DNA of 64,000 bases from Octopus sinensis (Eukaryota): NCBI RefSeq assembly GCF_006345805.1, contig NW_021835466.1:1-64000 (forward strand), in the 5' to 3' direction. Shown piece by piece: positions 50,600-63,548 of this stretch; position 1 is the first letter of the stretch, and the number at the start of each line of letters is the position of its first letter. The translations under genes and the position numbers were made by a program. Below the pieces are notes generated by a model that saw only the letters and a list, made by a program, of their open reading frames with translations, made no database searches and was not told the DNA's origin.

Positions 50600-51540
50600 G
50601 AACTCTATTCACTATTTACCTAACTCTTAAGAACTTGAAGTAATTGATTTAGTAAAGGTGAAGGTTTTAATTAGTAAAGGTTTAGCAATGGGAGTTTAAT
50701 AATCTCTGGCAGCAAATTGTTGGAATTTAATGTTTAACTTATTGGGAAGGTCTTTAATCTACTTAATTACAGCTTCTGAATTTTTCAATAAGTTCGATTG
50801 GGAGGCTATCTCCTTAAATTTAGATGATATCTTATCTAGTATTTGTTCGCTAATTATTCTATATCAGATTTAGTACGTGTTATTAGTCGAAAAGATAGAT
50901 CGTTGGTAAAATTACGTTGCAGCTTGATGAATATATCATGATCGTTCAGGTGTAAGAAAATGTGTAATGATGCGTTCTCCACTGTTTATATCATTGAGGA
51001 TGTGGAGGCGCAATGGCCCAGTGGTTAGGGCAGCAGACTCGCGGTCATAGGATCGCGGTTTCCATTCCCAGACCGGGCATTGTGAGTGTTTATTGAGCGA
51101 AAACACCTAAAGCTCCACGAGGCTCCGGCAGGGGATGGTGGTGATCCCTGCTGTACTCTTTCACCACAACTTTCTCTCACTCTTACTTCCTGTTTCTGTT
51201 GTACCTGAATTTCAAAGGGCCGGCCTTGTCACTCTCTATGTCACGCTGAATATCCCCGAGAACTACGTTAAGGGTACACGTGTCTGTGGAGTGCTCAGCC
51301 ACTTACATGTTAATTTCACGAGCAAGCTGTTCCGTTGATTCGGATCAACCGGAACCCTCATCGTCGTAACCGACAGAGTGCTTCCAAAATCATGATTGTT
51401 CAGGTGTAAGAAAATGTGTAATGGTGAGTTCTCTACTGTTTATATCATTGAGGGTAGCCACATTGGCTTTACATAGAATCGTTTGATAGACTTTAATATA
51501 ACATAATGACATAATAGCATATGTGCTTAATATATGTTCT
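50600..51540 (-). mobile_element. Penelope-like element RT relic, interrupted by SINE C
   Basis: NFTNDLSFRLITRTKSDI / IISEQILDKI / KNSEAVIK*IKDLPNK / KFQQFAARDY resembles PLE RT (NF...P..RLINP.KS++G.ISK.ILD..WKNT..VI.WF..I.NK..F..FDI.+FY). Confidence 0.55.
51001..51385 (+). mobile_element. SINE family C, full length, flanked by a 65-bp direct repeat
   Basis: Family C match. Flanks 50935-50999 and 51389-51453 are about 94% identical. Confidence 0.9.
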
Positions 51541-53588
51541 CTCTCATCTGAATGCACTTAGTTATGCTGGGAAATTCAAATATTCTCTTTCGAATTGATC
51601 TTAGATTTTGGCACAGCGTCAGTAATTCCGGTTGATGGTTTAAGTCGATTATATCAACTCCAGTATTGAACTGGTACTTGTTTTATCAACACCGAATAGA
51701 GGAACGGCGAAGTGTCCCTCAATGGAATGTGAACTCAGAACATAAAGAGGGCCGAAATGCGGCTAAACATTTTCCTCGGCGTGTTAAGGGTTCTGGCAGC
51801 TCGTGGTTTTCTTTTGTCAAATTACTATTAGAAATAAAGTCTAAGGTGGTGACCTGGCAGAATCGCTACGACGCTGGAAAAATTGCTTGGCATTTTTTCT
51901 GACTTGCGTCTTCCTTGCCGCTGGATTCTATTTTGCGTTTCGTTCTTTGGAGTCGATCAAATAAGGGTAACCGACTTGTCCCTTCCCTCAAAGATGGTGG
52001 CATTGTGCCAAAATTTGAAACCAACATTAAAAATATGGTCGGATTTTCTATGTAATTGTTTACACGTAAATCCTAAATGATTCTTAATTCCGATTTTCTT
52101 TTGCCATAATATTAGACGCACAATTCTACACCTTTCATAAACTGAAGGTGTTCTCGTTACGTTGAGTGAAATCATTTCCGCTGGAATTGATTGCTTTGTG
52201 CATAGTGAATGGCTTTAGAGTTTTATTTTGCGATATATATATATATATATATATGGAGCTCTTTTGAGGTCCATAAATTAAGTACCAGTTGCGTACTGGG
52301 ACGATCTAATCGCCTGGTCCGCTCCCCAAAATTTCTGGCTTTGTGCCTTGAGTAGAATAGGATAAAGCGACAATCTATATCTATATATATATATATATAT
52401 ATGTACCAGCACGCATGATATATATACTCGTACAAAAATGTTTTTGAGCGTACGCGTTGTCGTTTTCGTGAGAATTTCCACCGTGTATTTTCTTCTTGTA
52501 TGAAACGAGAATCTTGAGAAAAATGAAAAATTACTACTATTGCCGCTTTTGCTACTTGTTGCACATTATTATTTGAAATTATCGATTCGCTCTTGAACTT
52601 TGATATTTTCCAGTTCTCATCAACTCTAAAAGGACCTTAATTTTAAAACCTTTGAAAATTCATCATTTCCTCGTGAATTCCCTTTCATGTTTTCGCTTTT
52701 TTTTCTTCTGTACGTTATATCCGACATATCACAAGTTAAAATTCTAAACAGAAGCGCATTTCCCCTAAATGCAACGAGCAGAGCACGTTTGGCGGAAATA
52801 TTGCTTCCTGCATATATCACTTAGGTATTGTAATAATAACATCCAACACCGTTCTGCATTCTTAATTTTCCCTCTTTTTTATATTTTCTGTTGAGGTGGA
52901 TTTCAGTTAATATCATGGCGTACAATATTCTCGACATATAGTTAATACTCAAACAGAGAGCCAATGAGCCAATTTATAATTTGGCTGTAAGAACGATAGC
53001 AATTACTCAGAAACATCTTCTGCGTGAATTTCTAAATGCTAAGTTCGTTGCTAACATTATGAATGTTGTGAACCGAGAAATTTTATAAAGTGAATATAAT
53101 TTCGTAGTCAGGAATATATAATCGTTCTATTAATTATCAAAGCTGGTGAAAAGAGATGGGAGATTGGGGAACCTGAATTCCTAATTGATTAAAAAAAAAT
53201 CGATTGAGATGGAATGCGGAAAATGCAACGGCGTTTGAGCCTATTTCCGATATTTATACTACGGTGCTAATTTCAAAAATGCTGGAATCTTTTGAGATTT
53301 GAACAAAGTTAAGGTTTTAAAGAAAACATCTCCGAAATTCAGGGATTCTGTTATCTGTATAGAGGTATAATGATTATATAATGATTACACTCTCCTTACG
53401 ACGACAATAATATCAGATAATTAAATTTCTTGATGCTCAACGCATCAGGAATGTAAGTTTAATTTGGACAAACTCTCTTTCCTATCAGTCAATACGCGTA
53501 TATATTATATATATATATATGTATATGTATATGTATATGTATATATATATATATAATATATATATGTATATATATATATATATATATA

Positions 53589-53621
<33 letters not shown>

Positions 53622-53629
53622 ATATATAT

Positions 53630-53688
<59 letters not shown>

Positions 53689-54170
53689 ATATATGTATAT
53701 ATATACACACATATATATATATATATATGTGTGTATGTGTGTATGTATGAGTGTGTGGGTGTATGATAATTTGTGTGTTAGTAGGTATGCACACATATAA
53801 ATATATGTGTCTATCTATTGGGGGGTATTTGGGAGTGAGTGTACGCAATTACTTGTGTGAGAAGTTGAAATAAACCTTTGTTGAGAATTTATCTTTAAGC
53901 TAATTGTTCCTTGCTCTCGTCACGAGTGTAATTTGAGTTAATTATGACTTCTTAATTCACTCTAAGTATAATAGGACCGATGGATTAGATTTTACTGCTG
54001 TTAAGCTATAACTAGCACAACAATTATTAGGAAACGAGTAAGGATTACTAGCTAAATATTATCGTGTAGTGAGTTTAACACAAAGCATATTATAACAATA
54101 CTCATTAACTATTAATAATATTTTAGTTTCCTTTTTGGATTTGGTTTGCAAGAGTCTTGTGTGTTGAAGC

Positions 54171-54438
54171 ATATTCTATTGCCTGGAGAGAGTCACTTTC
54201 TTTTTCTGCCTTATGACGTAACACACTCACCGGTAAAATTTCCACTTATTTTTTACTTTTATTTTCTAAAAATTTTCTTTGCGTCTTGCAAACTTTTCAA
54301 TAGTCTTGAAAAGGTTGCAAGACGCAACAAAAATTTTAAGGAAATAAAAGTAAAAGAAAACGGGAAATTTTACCGGTGAGTGTGTTACAACATAAGGCAC
54401 AAAAAGGAAATGACTCTCCCCAGACACAACAGAATATT
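54171..54438. repeat. Fold-back inverted repeat, ~130-bp imperfect arms, 5-nt loop
   Basis: GTAACACACTCACCGGTAAAATTT..TTGCGTCTTGCAA pairs with TTGCAAGACGCAA..AAATTTTACCGGTGAGTGTGTTAC. Loop TAGTC at 54301-54305. Confidence 0.9.
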
Positions 54439-54887
54439 TTAGGTGTTTAAAGCAATTGTGGAAGACGGTTACAAAGATATTTTAGTGTAACTAGGACCGA
54501 AAAATTGGTATTAGTATAATGTATTTTAAACTCGTTTTCGTAGAAAAAGTTTTGGGAGAATATTTCACTATAGATGATCATTGTTATAATGTGAGTGTTA
54601 TCAGCTCACCTGTTGTCACCTGTTCTTTAATTATTCTATGAGTGTAATCACACTGCTATGGCTATGTACTCTGTTCTCGTTGTTCACTAGTAGATTAGTC
54701 ACGGTCATTTCTGGTGAGAAGCATCCGAAACATATCCACCCTCTCATGTTAAAGCTTTATTGAACAAACTTGAAAGGTAATACGATTAGGACTTTGGCAT
54801 CGCTTGAAGTGGTAGTGCACCTATTCGTTGTTTCTGTCTAAAAGTAGATTTATATTTCATTCTGGTTTCCCTTTATTCATATTTGAA

Positions 54888-55490
54888 ATGGATAACCGAA
54901 AATTTCACATTAGCATTGTAATGCTTTTCGTATTTTAAAAATGGAGAAAATGCTGCAAAGATTTCCGAAAGGTAAGGCTTTTTTTTTTGTGTGATGATGC
55001 TGTATGGGAAACAACTTTTCGAAGGTGGTTTGCAAAATTTTAAACTTGACTGTTTAGCTTGGAAGATGACAGCTGCAGTGGAAGACCTCCAAAATCGGAT
55101 GATGTTTTGAAGGAAAAATCGAAGAAAACTCAAATATCACGACTAGAGAACGTGTAGGGTAGTTGGAAATTTCTAAAAGTACGACTCATAAATACCTAGT
55201 GCAGCTAGGATAGATTCCTCACTATAATGTACGGGTCCTTCACAATGGACTCAGAAAAGAATTCCTTGGACCGGTGTTCTTTTTGCGATATGCTTTTGAA
55301 ACTGTATGAAATCATACCCTTTTTTTAAAACAACTTGTAACTGAAGATGAAAAAGGGATTGTGTACGAAGTCGTAGTGTGTAAAAGATCCGGGATTCTCA
55401 AAAAATAGCAACTAAAGACGAATATCCATGCCAACAATGTTATGCTTTGTGTTTGGCGGGATCAAAAAGGCATTATTTATTAAGCCTTAA
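54888..55490 (+). mobile_element. mariner transposase relic (mellifera-like)
   Basis: MDNRKFHISIVMLF..GENAAK..RRWFAKF..SLEDDSCSGRP..IEENSNITTRE..PFLKQLVTEDEKGIVY..NVMLCVWRDQKGIIY, with stops and frameshifts. Confidence 0.8.
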
Positions 55491-55907
55491 TACTTGTCGT
55501 CGTCGATTATTTCCTCTGTATGTCCAATGTGTCGTTGTTCGTTCGTTGGAAGCTCTAACTCTCCAGAATTTTTTCTATTTTAAAAATTTCTGGCTGCTGC
55601 TATTTTATGAAGGTTTCCTATTTGGCTGTCGAAATCTGGAAATAGGGAGAAATTAAGTCGACAACTGAGGAGAGGTTACACTTCCTTTGGCATGTTGTCC
55701 CGTACTTGTCGCGCGTTCTGTGCTTACGTATTTTTTCACTCGTCGGGGATGACCTGTACTCGATGTATTATATATGAGTGTGCGTGTGTGTTAGTGCGCA
55801 TATGTAAATAAATATATAATTACACACACATATATTTGAATGTGTGTATCAGTCCCTATATATAAATAAATATATAATTACACGTATACATATATGTGTA
55901 TAGAAAT

Positions 55908-56291
55908 GGAAGTACTCCGTCGGTTACGACGATGAGGGTTCCGGTTGATACGATCAACGGAACAGCCTGCTCATGAAATTAACGTGTAAGTGGCTGAGCA
56001 CTCCACAGACACGTGCACCCTTAACGTAGTTCTCGGGGATATTCAGCGTGACACAGAGAGTAACAAGGCCGGCCCTTTGAAATACAGGTACAACAGAAAC
56101 AGGAAGTAAGAGTGAGAGAAAGTTGTGGTGAAAGAGTACAGCAGGGGATCACCACCATCCCCTGACGGAGCCTCATGGAGCTTTAGGTGTTTTCGCTCAA
56201 TAAACACTCACAACGCCTTGTCTGGGAATCGAAACCGCGATCCTATGACCGCGAGTCCGCTGCCCTAACCACTGGGCCATTGCGCCTCCAC
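55908..56291 (-). mobile_element. SINE family C, full length
   Basis: Family C on the minus strand. Confidence 0.9.
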
Positions 56292-56583
56292 GTGTATATA
56301 AAATAGTTTAAGGAAAACAGAGAAACATATAAAATGTTCACTCGCTTGATCTTTCTGCAGTCATTTAAAGTTCTTGCCTTTTAGTGTATGTGAGGTTCCA
56401 GCTATTTCGTGATGGGCATCCTGGACTTTAAAGTGCCATATAAAATAATAAACAAAAAAAAAGGCTTCTTAATTTCACTCTAATGGAAAAATAGACTGGG
56501 CAAGTTTAATTTCGCTCGTATTAGAATTTTGTTTCTTTATTCAACTGCATCGTAGAGACTGTTGTAAGACTTATATATGTATG

Positions 56584-56613
<30 letters not shown>

Positions 56614-56614
<1 letters not shown>

Positions 56615-56909
56615 CACCGTGATCACCGTGACCGACCAGGCTATCATATGTTGCTACACATCGCTGGTCACAATGCGCTTCGCATTGTTTTAGCCTTCAA
56701 GTGATGCCACCCCGCTGGCTAAGCGAGCAGGCCAACAGAAGAAAGAGTGAGAGACAGTTGTGGCGAAAGAGTACAGCAGGGATCGCCACCACCCCCTGCC
56801 GGAGCCTCGTGGAGCTTTAGGTGTTTCCGCTCAATAAACACTCACAACGCCCGGTCTGGGGATCGAAACCGCGATTCTACAACCGTGAATCCGCTGCCCT
56901 AACCACTGG

Positions 56910-56914
<5 letters not shown>
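56614..56914 (-). mobile_element. SINE family C variant with a different 3' half
   Basis: Shares the head and ~190 nt with family C, then has an unrelated tail ending GGTCACGGTGATCACGGTGA. Confidence 0.85.
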
Positions 56915-56945
<31 letters not shown>

Positions 56946-59900
56946 CGTGTGTGTGTTTGTGTCTATGATGAGTGCATAAGAGTGTGTTGATTCTGCCATA
57001 ATCGAAGTGTACGATTCCTCTCGACAAAACTGCTACTCGGTGAACGTTCCTGACTGAAATGCTACCCTTTCATTCCTTTGTGAATAGAATGAATCCCATC
57101 TCTCACTTATTAATATAAGGACTCATATTCTTCTCTCCTACCTTAATCCCGAGAAGGGCATATTATTCGGCCTCAATTACACCTAAGCCAAACTAGCGTA
57201 TAATTAACTTCAGATGGAACTTAAATTATATCAGGCTTTAATTAACTTAAATTGAAACTGACATCTTCTGGCAGAACTGCAAAGATAGATATAAACTGCG
57301 TATTTATACAGTTCAGCGAGTAGATGTCATGGAATATTTAATAGTTTAATGTCTGATCTCAATTAGCTTTCGTCTCCGATTACTTACATTCAGTCAATTA
57401 TTTTTATGGAAAATGCGTCAAACATTCGATATACTACAGACAAAATCTCAAGCATCACACAACTTGAAGTCACGTAGAGTGGATATAATGTGGTACAAAG
57501 CTACAATCTGAGGAGGACTTGAATTTTTCTGGAGCACGATGTGATTCCTAAACTAATTTCGCGAGCACTAAGTTGCTGTTCATCTGCGTTAAGAAAAATG
57601 GTAGCTTCCTAATAAAGTTTTAACGTCTCACATTACGCCAAAAGCAAATAATTAACCATGAATTCTCATAATGAATACGTAAGATGTCTTTCGATTGCTT
57701 ATTCGTTGTATAAAAATGTGTCAGGGCTGATAAAACCAGGGATTAATGTATTTGCGATACATCTATAAACAAAGCAATTTTCCCCTCTACGAATACTGGA
57801 ATCTATAGTTCTAGCTCAGATGTCATCTGTACATCAATGGCGTAATTCGCAGAGCCTTATGACAGATTTTAGATGCATGATACTTAGACACTTATTTACT
57901 TCGAAGAGATTCGTCCAGAACTGACTTCGGTTATGATTAGCTAAATAGCACTCCTTCGAATAAACATTTAATGATGTTTTTATAACAGTAATTAATTCGG
58001 CACGAGACCCCATTCGAGTAATGAATTGTCTGTGACAATCTGAATTAGTTGGAGATGTTCATCCAGGAAGCACTTAAATGTTATGAGACCCTTTTCTTCT
58101 GTATGTCTTGGCATGCTGTCTTTCATGCAGGAATATATACAACAGAGTAGGCGTTATACATAGTATCCTATGTAAGAATGTTTTAATTCTGACACAAATC
58201 ATACCCCCAAAAGCTGAACGTCGAATACATTTTCGCTTCATAGTTTTCAAAGATAATATTTCTGATCACAAGATCACATTCTATGTCCAATCCAACCTGC
58301 TACTATAGTTCAATTGTAAGCAAAATTAACATTGACAATGATAGAAAGGTAATTTAACAACTACTAAACGTTTCTTTTCTCTTTCTGCCAGTTGACATGA
58401 TAACGTCTGTGTTAAAATTGTGTCTAAGCCGCTGTGATTCACACATTCAGTTAATTTGGTATTAGGTATTTATTTGTGGATCATTTATGCAGAACCAACG
58501 TTTTCAAAATGAAAATTATAAAGTTATGAAACCTATGACAAATGTAGGTGAACTTCAAATAAAGTCAAAACACAGTTTATGTTCGAAATTGTTTTTTGTG
58601 GTACCACTAATGCTGCGTGGATTATCTTCCTGTTTATTTTCTAATTTGTAAATTGCCTCTCTGATCTCATAATCCAAGAGACTTTCTAATCTGCTCCTAG
58701 TTTATAAATGAAAATTAAGAAATTTGGCATTTTAAGATCAATTAATGTTGTGTAATTCATAAACAAAGAATAGAAACCTTAACGTGGATTTTATGGGGTC
58801 AAGTAGCTATCGTTGCATTACGCAAGTGCATGCTGGAAAGGGTTATCGTTGAATTTATTAGTTAGTAGTCAACAAACTCGAAATGGTTAATAACGTCACC
58901 TATTGTGGTGCTATACAACACCTCAGTTAGAGGATAGGGGCTACAAAAGAATCAACTTGCAAAATATTTAGTTATATTTTATTAAGTAAAAGACGGTGAA
59001 CTAGTGGAATCATTAACAAGTGAGCAAAATACTTCGGGGCATTTCATCCGTCTTTACTTCTCGGTTTCATTTTCCACTAAAGTCCGTTTTTCGGGTTCGA
59101 TAAAATAAGTACCCTCTCCCGTAAGATTTCTGACCTTGTGCCACAGTTCTAAACTTACATCATATTAAACAGAGTATAAAAATAACTTTCGATGTATTCC
59201 AATTATGAAGCATATACTATTTTATGTATATAAATTTGTATTGATTAAAACGAGCTGGTGCCATGTGCAACTGTTTAAAAGATAACATCATCTGTTGTAA
59301 AACCTGAAAATACCGCTATTTTACCATATTAAATATTCTTTGGTAATCTAAAGATATTGAACAATGTTGACGGCAAAAGCTTGAACTAAATCTATCTGTA
59401 TTCTTTCCTAACTATTTAGTTATAAATAATTGTATCATAAGTGCCATAATCTTAGCTTCAAACAGAAAATGCTCGTGTTTACAAATAACCAGTTTTCAAC
59501 GCGTATTATCTATCCCACTTATTATTTCTGATGAGTTTTTCGATTTTTGGAAAGAATCAAAGCTCAGATTAAACACTAGCAGTAAGTTTCTGCAGCAATG
59601 AATGACTAAAATATAATAAAAAAACGCATAATCTATCAAGGCGAATGTAGACAAGCAATGGCGTTTATCATCAAAACCTGATTCTGAAAGTCCACCATCA
59701 GTTGTTCGCTCGAAGATCAATTATTTTCCTCTTGTGAAAAATCAATCCACCATATAAAAATGCCTCATGTGGTAGATAACCTTGCCAAAATGATGGAACT
59801 GGTATCTGCAGTGTGTAAGTTCCAGATGGCGTTATAAATCTCACACATTTCTTCGATTCCTTTGTATTGGGTATATTTTCATGAATGTCATTATTCAAAA

Positions 59901-60034
59901 TTTAAAACGAAACTACTATCTACAGAACAAAATGAGCACATCATATCTACGTGTTTTCGATCGTGTATGCATCGAGTTGAAGAGTTCGTCAGTCGTGAAA
60001 TACTAAATGCGTATTGATTGTAATTGATGAATGA

Positions 60035-60213
60035 TCAGTTTTTCTTTCTTTCATTTGACTTCTTTTGTGCAGACATATCATCACATTCTCTGAGTACGTT
60101 ATTCTCTATTTTCGTTTGAAATGCATGAGTTTTCTCGTCATAACGAATCTCCTTCAAATCTTTCTGGCGTGAGAAAATTGTTCTAAACAGTCTCTCCACC
60201 CAATCGCACGCTA
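60035..60213 (-). CDS. Candidate terminal coding exon of an unidentified gene
   Basis: Acceptor-like TTCGTTCTGCTTATTTCCCTTCCAG, then a phase-1 open frame (V)ACDWVERLFRTIFSRQKDLKEIRYDEK...ERKKN*. No homology recognised. Confidence 0.25.
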
Positions 60214-60367
60214 CTGGAAGGGAAATAAGCAGAACGAAATTTATATTCGTATCATCTCCAAAAGTAAAAAAGAACCATTGCATCAGTTGTATTATCTAAA
60301 TAGCTAACTTGCCTTCTCATGGACATTTGTTTTAGATGTTGACTCGCACACAAGAGCTCAACATCTC

Positions 60368-60790
60368 ACTCCATTTACTCTTTTACTCTCTTTTACTCTT
60401 TTACTTGTTTCAGTCATTTGACTGCGGCCATGCTGGAGCACCGCCTTTAGTCGAGCAAATCGACCCCGAAACTTATTCTTTTGTAAGCCCAGTACTTATT
60501 CTATCGGTCTCTTTAGCCGAACCGCTAAGTGACGGGGGCGTAAACACACCAGCATCTGTTGTCAGGCAATACTAGGGGGACAAACACAGACACACAAACA
60601 CACACATACATATATATATACATATATACGACAGGCTTCTTTCAGTTTCCATCTACCAAATCCACTCACAAGGCATTGGTCGGCCCGGGGCTATAGCAGA
60701 AGACACTTGGCCAAGATGCCACGCAGTGGGACTGAACCCGGAACCATGTGGTTGGTTAGCAAGCTACTTACCATACAGCCACTCCGGCGC
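60368..60790 (-). mobile_element. SINE family A, full length
   Basis: Near-consensus family A sequence on the minus strand. Confidence 0.9.
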
Positions 60791-61796
60791 ATAAATTTAT
60801 ATTTTTTTAAAAAACAAATGAATACCTAAAACGGTTCGGTGTTTACCAACCTGGCTCTGATAAATCAGAATGTTTCTCCAGGAAAGGTACTTCATTGATA
60901 AGAACTAATTGTTAGTTCGAAAATTAAAACCGCTCAAATGAGAACCTGAATAGAAAAACACGATATATTCATGTCGTCAAGAAGATACTGACTATTGCAA
61001 ATAGATCTGTTTCCCCCTCAGTGGAGATTCCAGTGAAATATGACGAGAATGGTCCGTTTGAAATTAGCAATATCTTCGATGATGGAATTAACTCATCAAA
61101 TCAGGGCCTGCGGGAATTTTGTCTACAAAATTAACAAAGTAATGAAGTGTAAAGGAAAGCCTTGAGGCATCATTCGACTTGCATTAATTGCTTATATTAA
61201 AGATACGTCTATATTTAAAAATGGATGTTACTGTTTATATTTTGGGATAATCTTAACGTTTAAGCTCTGACATTCGAGGCTGGAACAACATAGCTTTATG
61301 GATATAAACTGTAACATTATGCTCCATTTAGCTATAAGTATATCGCAATAATAAATCTGTGAACGAGGTATAGACAGTAACTGCACGAGAATGTGAAGTA
61401 TATTTGCCATCTAAATATGGCTAACCACTGAGGGTTATAAGTATATCACTTTTAGTACCCTTATATATGGAAGGAAATTATGCTTGAAATCGAAATCTGT
61501 AATATAGTAAAACAATATTATGAAGAGCTATAAATTTGAGCCTTCAGAAACAAACATTTTCGTGGGTTTCTAGGTTGCTAAATTTCCAAAATGGGCATGA
61601 CACAGTGTTTATAAAACCACGTATCTTATGGGAATTCTGCCGTCATTTCTTATGTATTATGATATAGCATCATTTACACTTGTTTGGTATGCGATTTGAT
61701 CAGAGTTTTTAGGCAGAAAAAAAGACAAGAAAAAATTATTACAGCGTTGAAAACGTATATTAGATATTCGAAAACGCACACAGAACGTTAACTTCA

Positions 61797-61842
<46 letters not shown>

Positions 61843-61914
61843 ATTACGAGTTCAGTCTTCCGGCGTGAGATACTACTAAAGTGGCTTATACTCGCCAGTA
61901 GAATAACCGCATAT

Positions 61915-61916
61915 GA

Positions 61917-61995
<79 letters not shown>

Positions 61996-62094
61996 AATCT
62001 ATCTATCTATCTATCTGCTTATCTATTTATCAATCGATTTATCTATCAATCGATTATCACTCACTTTCTCTCTTTCTGTCTCTGTCTCTCTCTG

Positions 62095-62175
<81 letters not shown>

Positions 62176-62323
62176 GAATTTACAAAAGATGAAGACGAGT
62201 GTGTAAACAGCAAACAAATGTATTAGTTTAAAGCTTTGAAAGTGAACGTTATATGTATATATATAGTTAGATCGATAGATAGATAGATAGACAAACAGAC
62301 AGACAGATATATACATATATATA

Positions 62324-62374
<51 letters not shown>

Positions 62375-62398
62375 ATATAGTAGATAGATAGATAGATA

Positions 62399-62430
<32 letters not shown>

Positions 62431-62441
62431 TCGATCGATCG

Positions 62442-62503
<62 letters not shown>

Positions 62504-62525
62504 TAGATAGATAGATATGTAATAA
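61915..62525. repeat. Compound (TCTA)n/(TA)n/(GA)n/(GATA)n microsatellites
   Basis: Direct reading of the sequence. Confidence 0.95.
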
Positions 62526-63337
62526 ATAATGAAAAGAGGGATTGGTATGAACGGTAAGGCCTCTAATAGAAATGCCCCAGTATGACCACAGCACTGATTA
62601 ATACAAGCAAAACAATGATATTATTTGCATTTCTTTGGTTCTTACATCGTTGAGATCATAGACGTTCCTATTGAAGGTATCATGTTGCACATAAAAGAAA
62701 GTTACCTGTAGTGAAATTTCAATACTTTTTACAGTATTTTTTAAATACAATAATTAATATAATTAAAATCTTCTGAAATAACTGTTTGATCTTTCAGTGA
62801 AAGATGTGCTTATTTATTTGAAATTACTTTGGTGATTTATGTTATCCCTATTGCTTCAAATCATAATTCAAAGTCGTTTACAAGGAATGTTTAAATAGAT
62901 CTAAAATCGAAATATTGAAATAATATTTAATAGTGTCATTAAATAAAGCTAGAAAAACATTTTCGCTGTTGCATTTCATCATTCCTGCATCATTTCATTG
63001 TACCTGCCAGATTTCAGTTTGTCGGTGTTATTAAATTCGTAAAAAAAACAAAAAGAAAAAGCCAGCAAATTTAGGTAAACTGTGGATGTTATTAGATGCG
63101 TACTGGCGTCAGCTATCAGCTTTATCACCGTAAAATAATTCTCTATCAATGATCTACAATCAGGCTAATCTTCACCGTCATGGCGTCAGTGATTCTGCAA
63201 TAATTTCTAGCAATATACAATAGATTACTTATATACATTCTATGTAAGATTCAATTATATAGGTCGGGGTCTCCGTCGAAAGCAATGACGAGTGATCCAC
63301 TTCACAGGATCAACCGAAGAGTTCTCCATAGACACGA

Positions 63338-63489
63338 ATACCTATTTCTTTACTACCCACAAGGGGCTAAACACAGAGAGAATAAACAAGGACAGACAAA
63401 CGGATTAAGTCGATTTTATCGAAACCAGTACTTAACTGGTAATTAATTTATCGACCCCGAAAGAATGAAAGGCAAAGTCGACCTCGGCA
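63338..63489 (-). mobile_element. SINE family B, 5'-truncated
   Basis: B core and long tail on the minus strand, ending at CCTCGGC. Confidence 0.85.
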
Positions 63490-63491
63490 GA

Positions 63492-63548
63492 AAGGAGCTT
63501 CCTGAAGATTTCTCTTGAATGAAACAGTTCTAGTCCTGTAGAAGCTCC

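Noticed and set aside
59520-59580. CTGATGAG as a hammerhead core
   Set aside because: There is no downstream GAAA, and no stem I or III pairing.
60930-61135. ~68-codon open plus frame with acceptor-like CCCCCTCAG
   Set aside because: It has no start, no homology recognised, and conflicts in strand with the 60.0-60.2 kb candidate; the evidence is too weak.
219-62594. Dozens of ORFs rich in YI/IY, HT/TH, CV/VC or YLSI repeats
   Set aside because: These are translations of (TA)n, (CA)n, (TG)n and (TCTA)n microsatellites that happen to lack stops.
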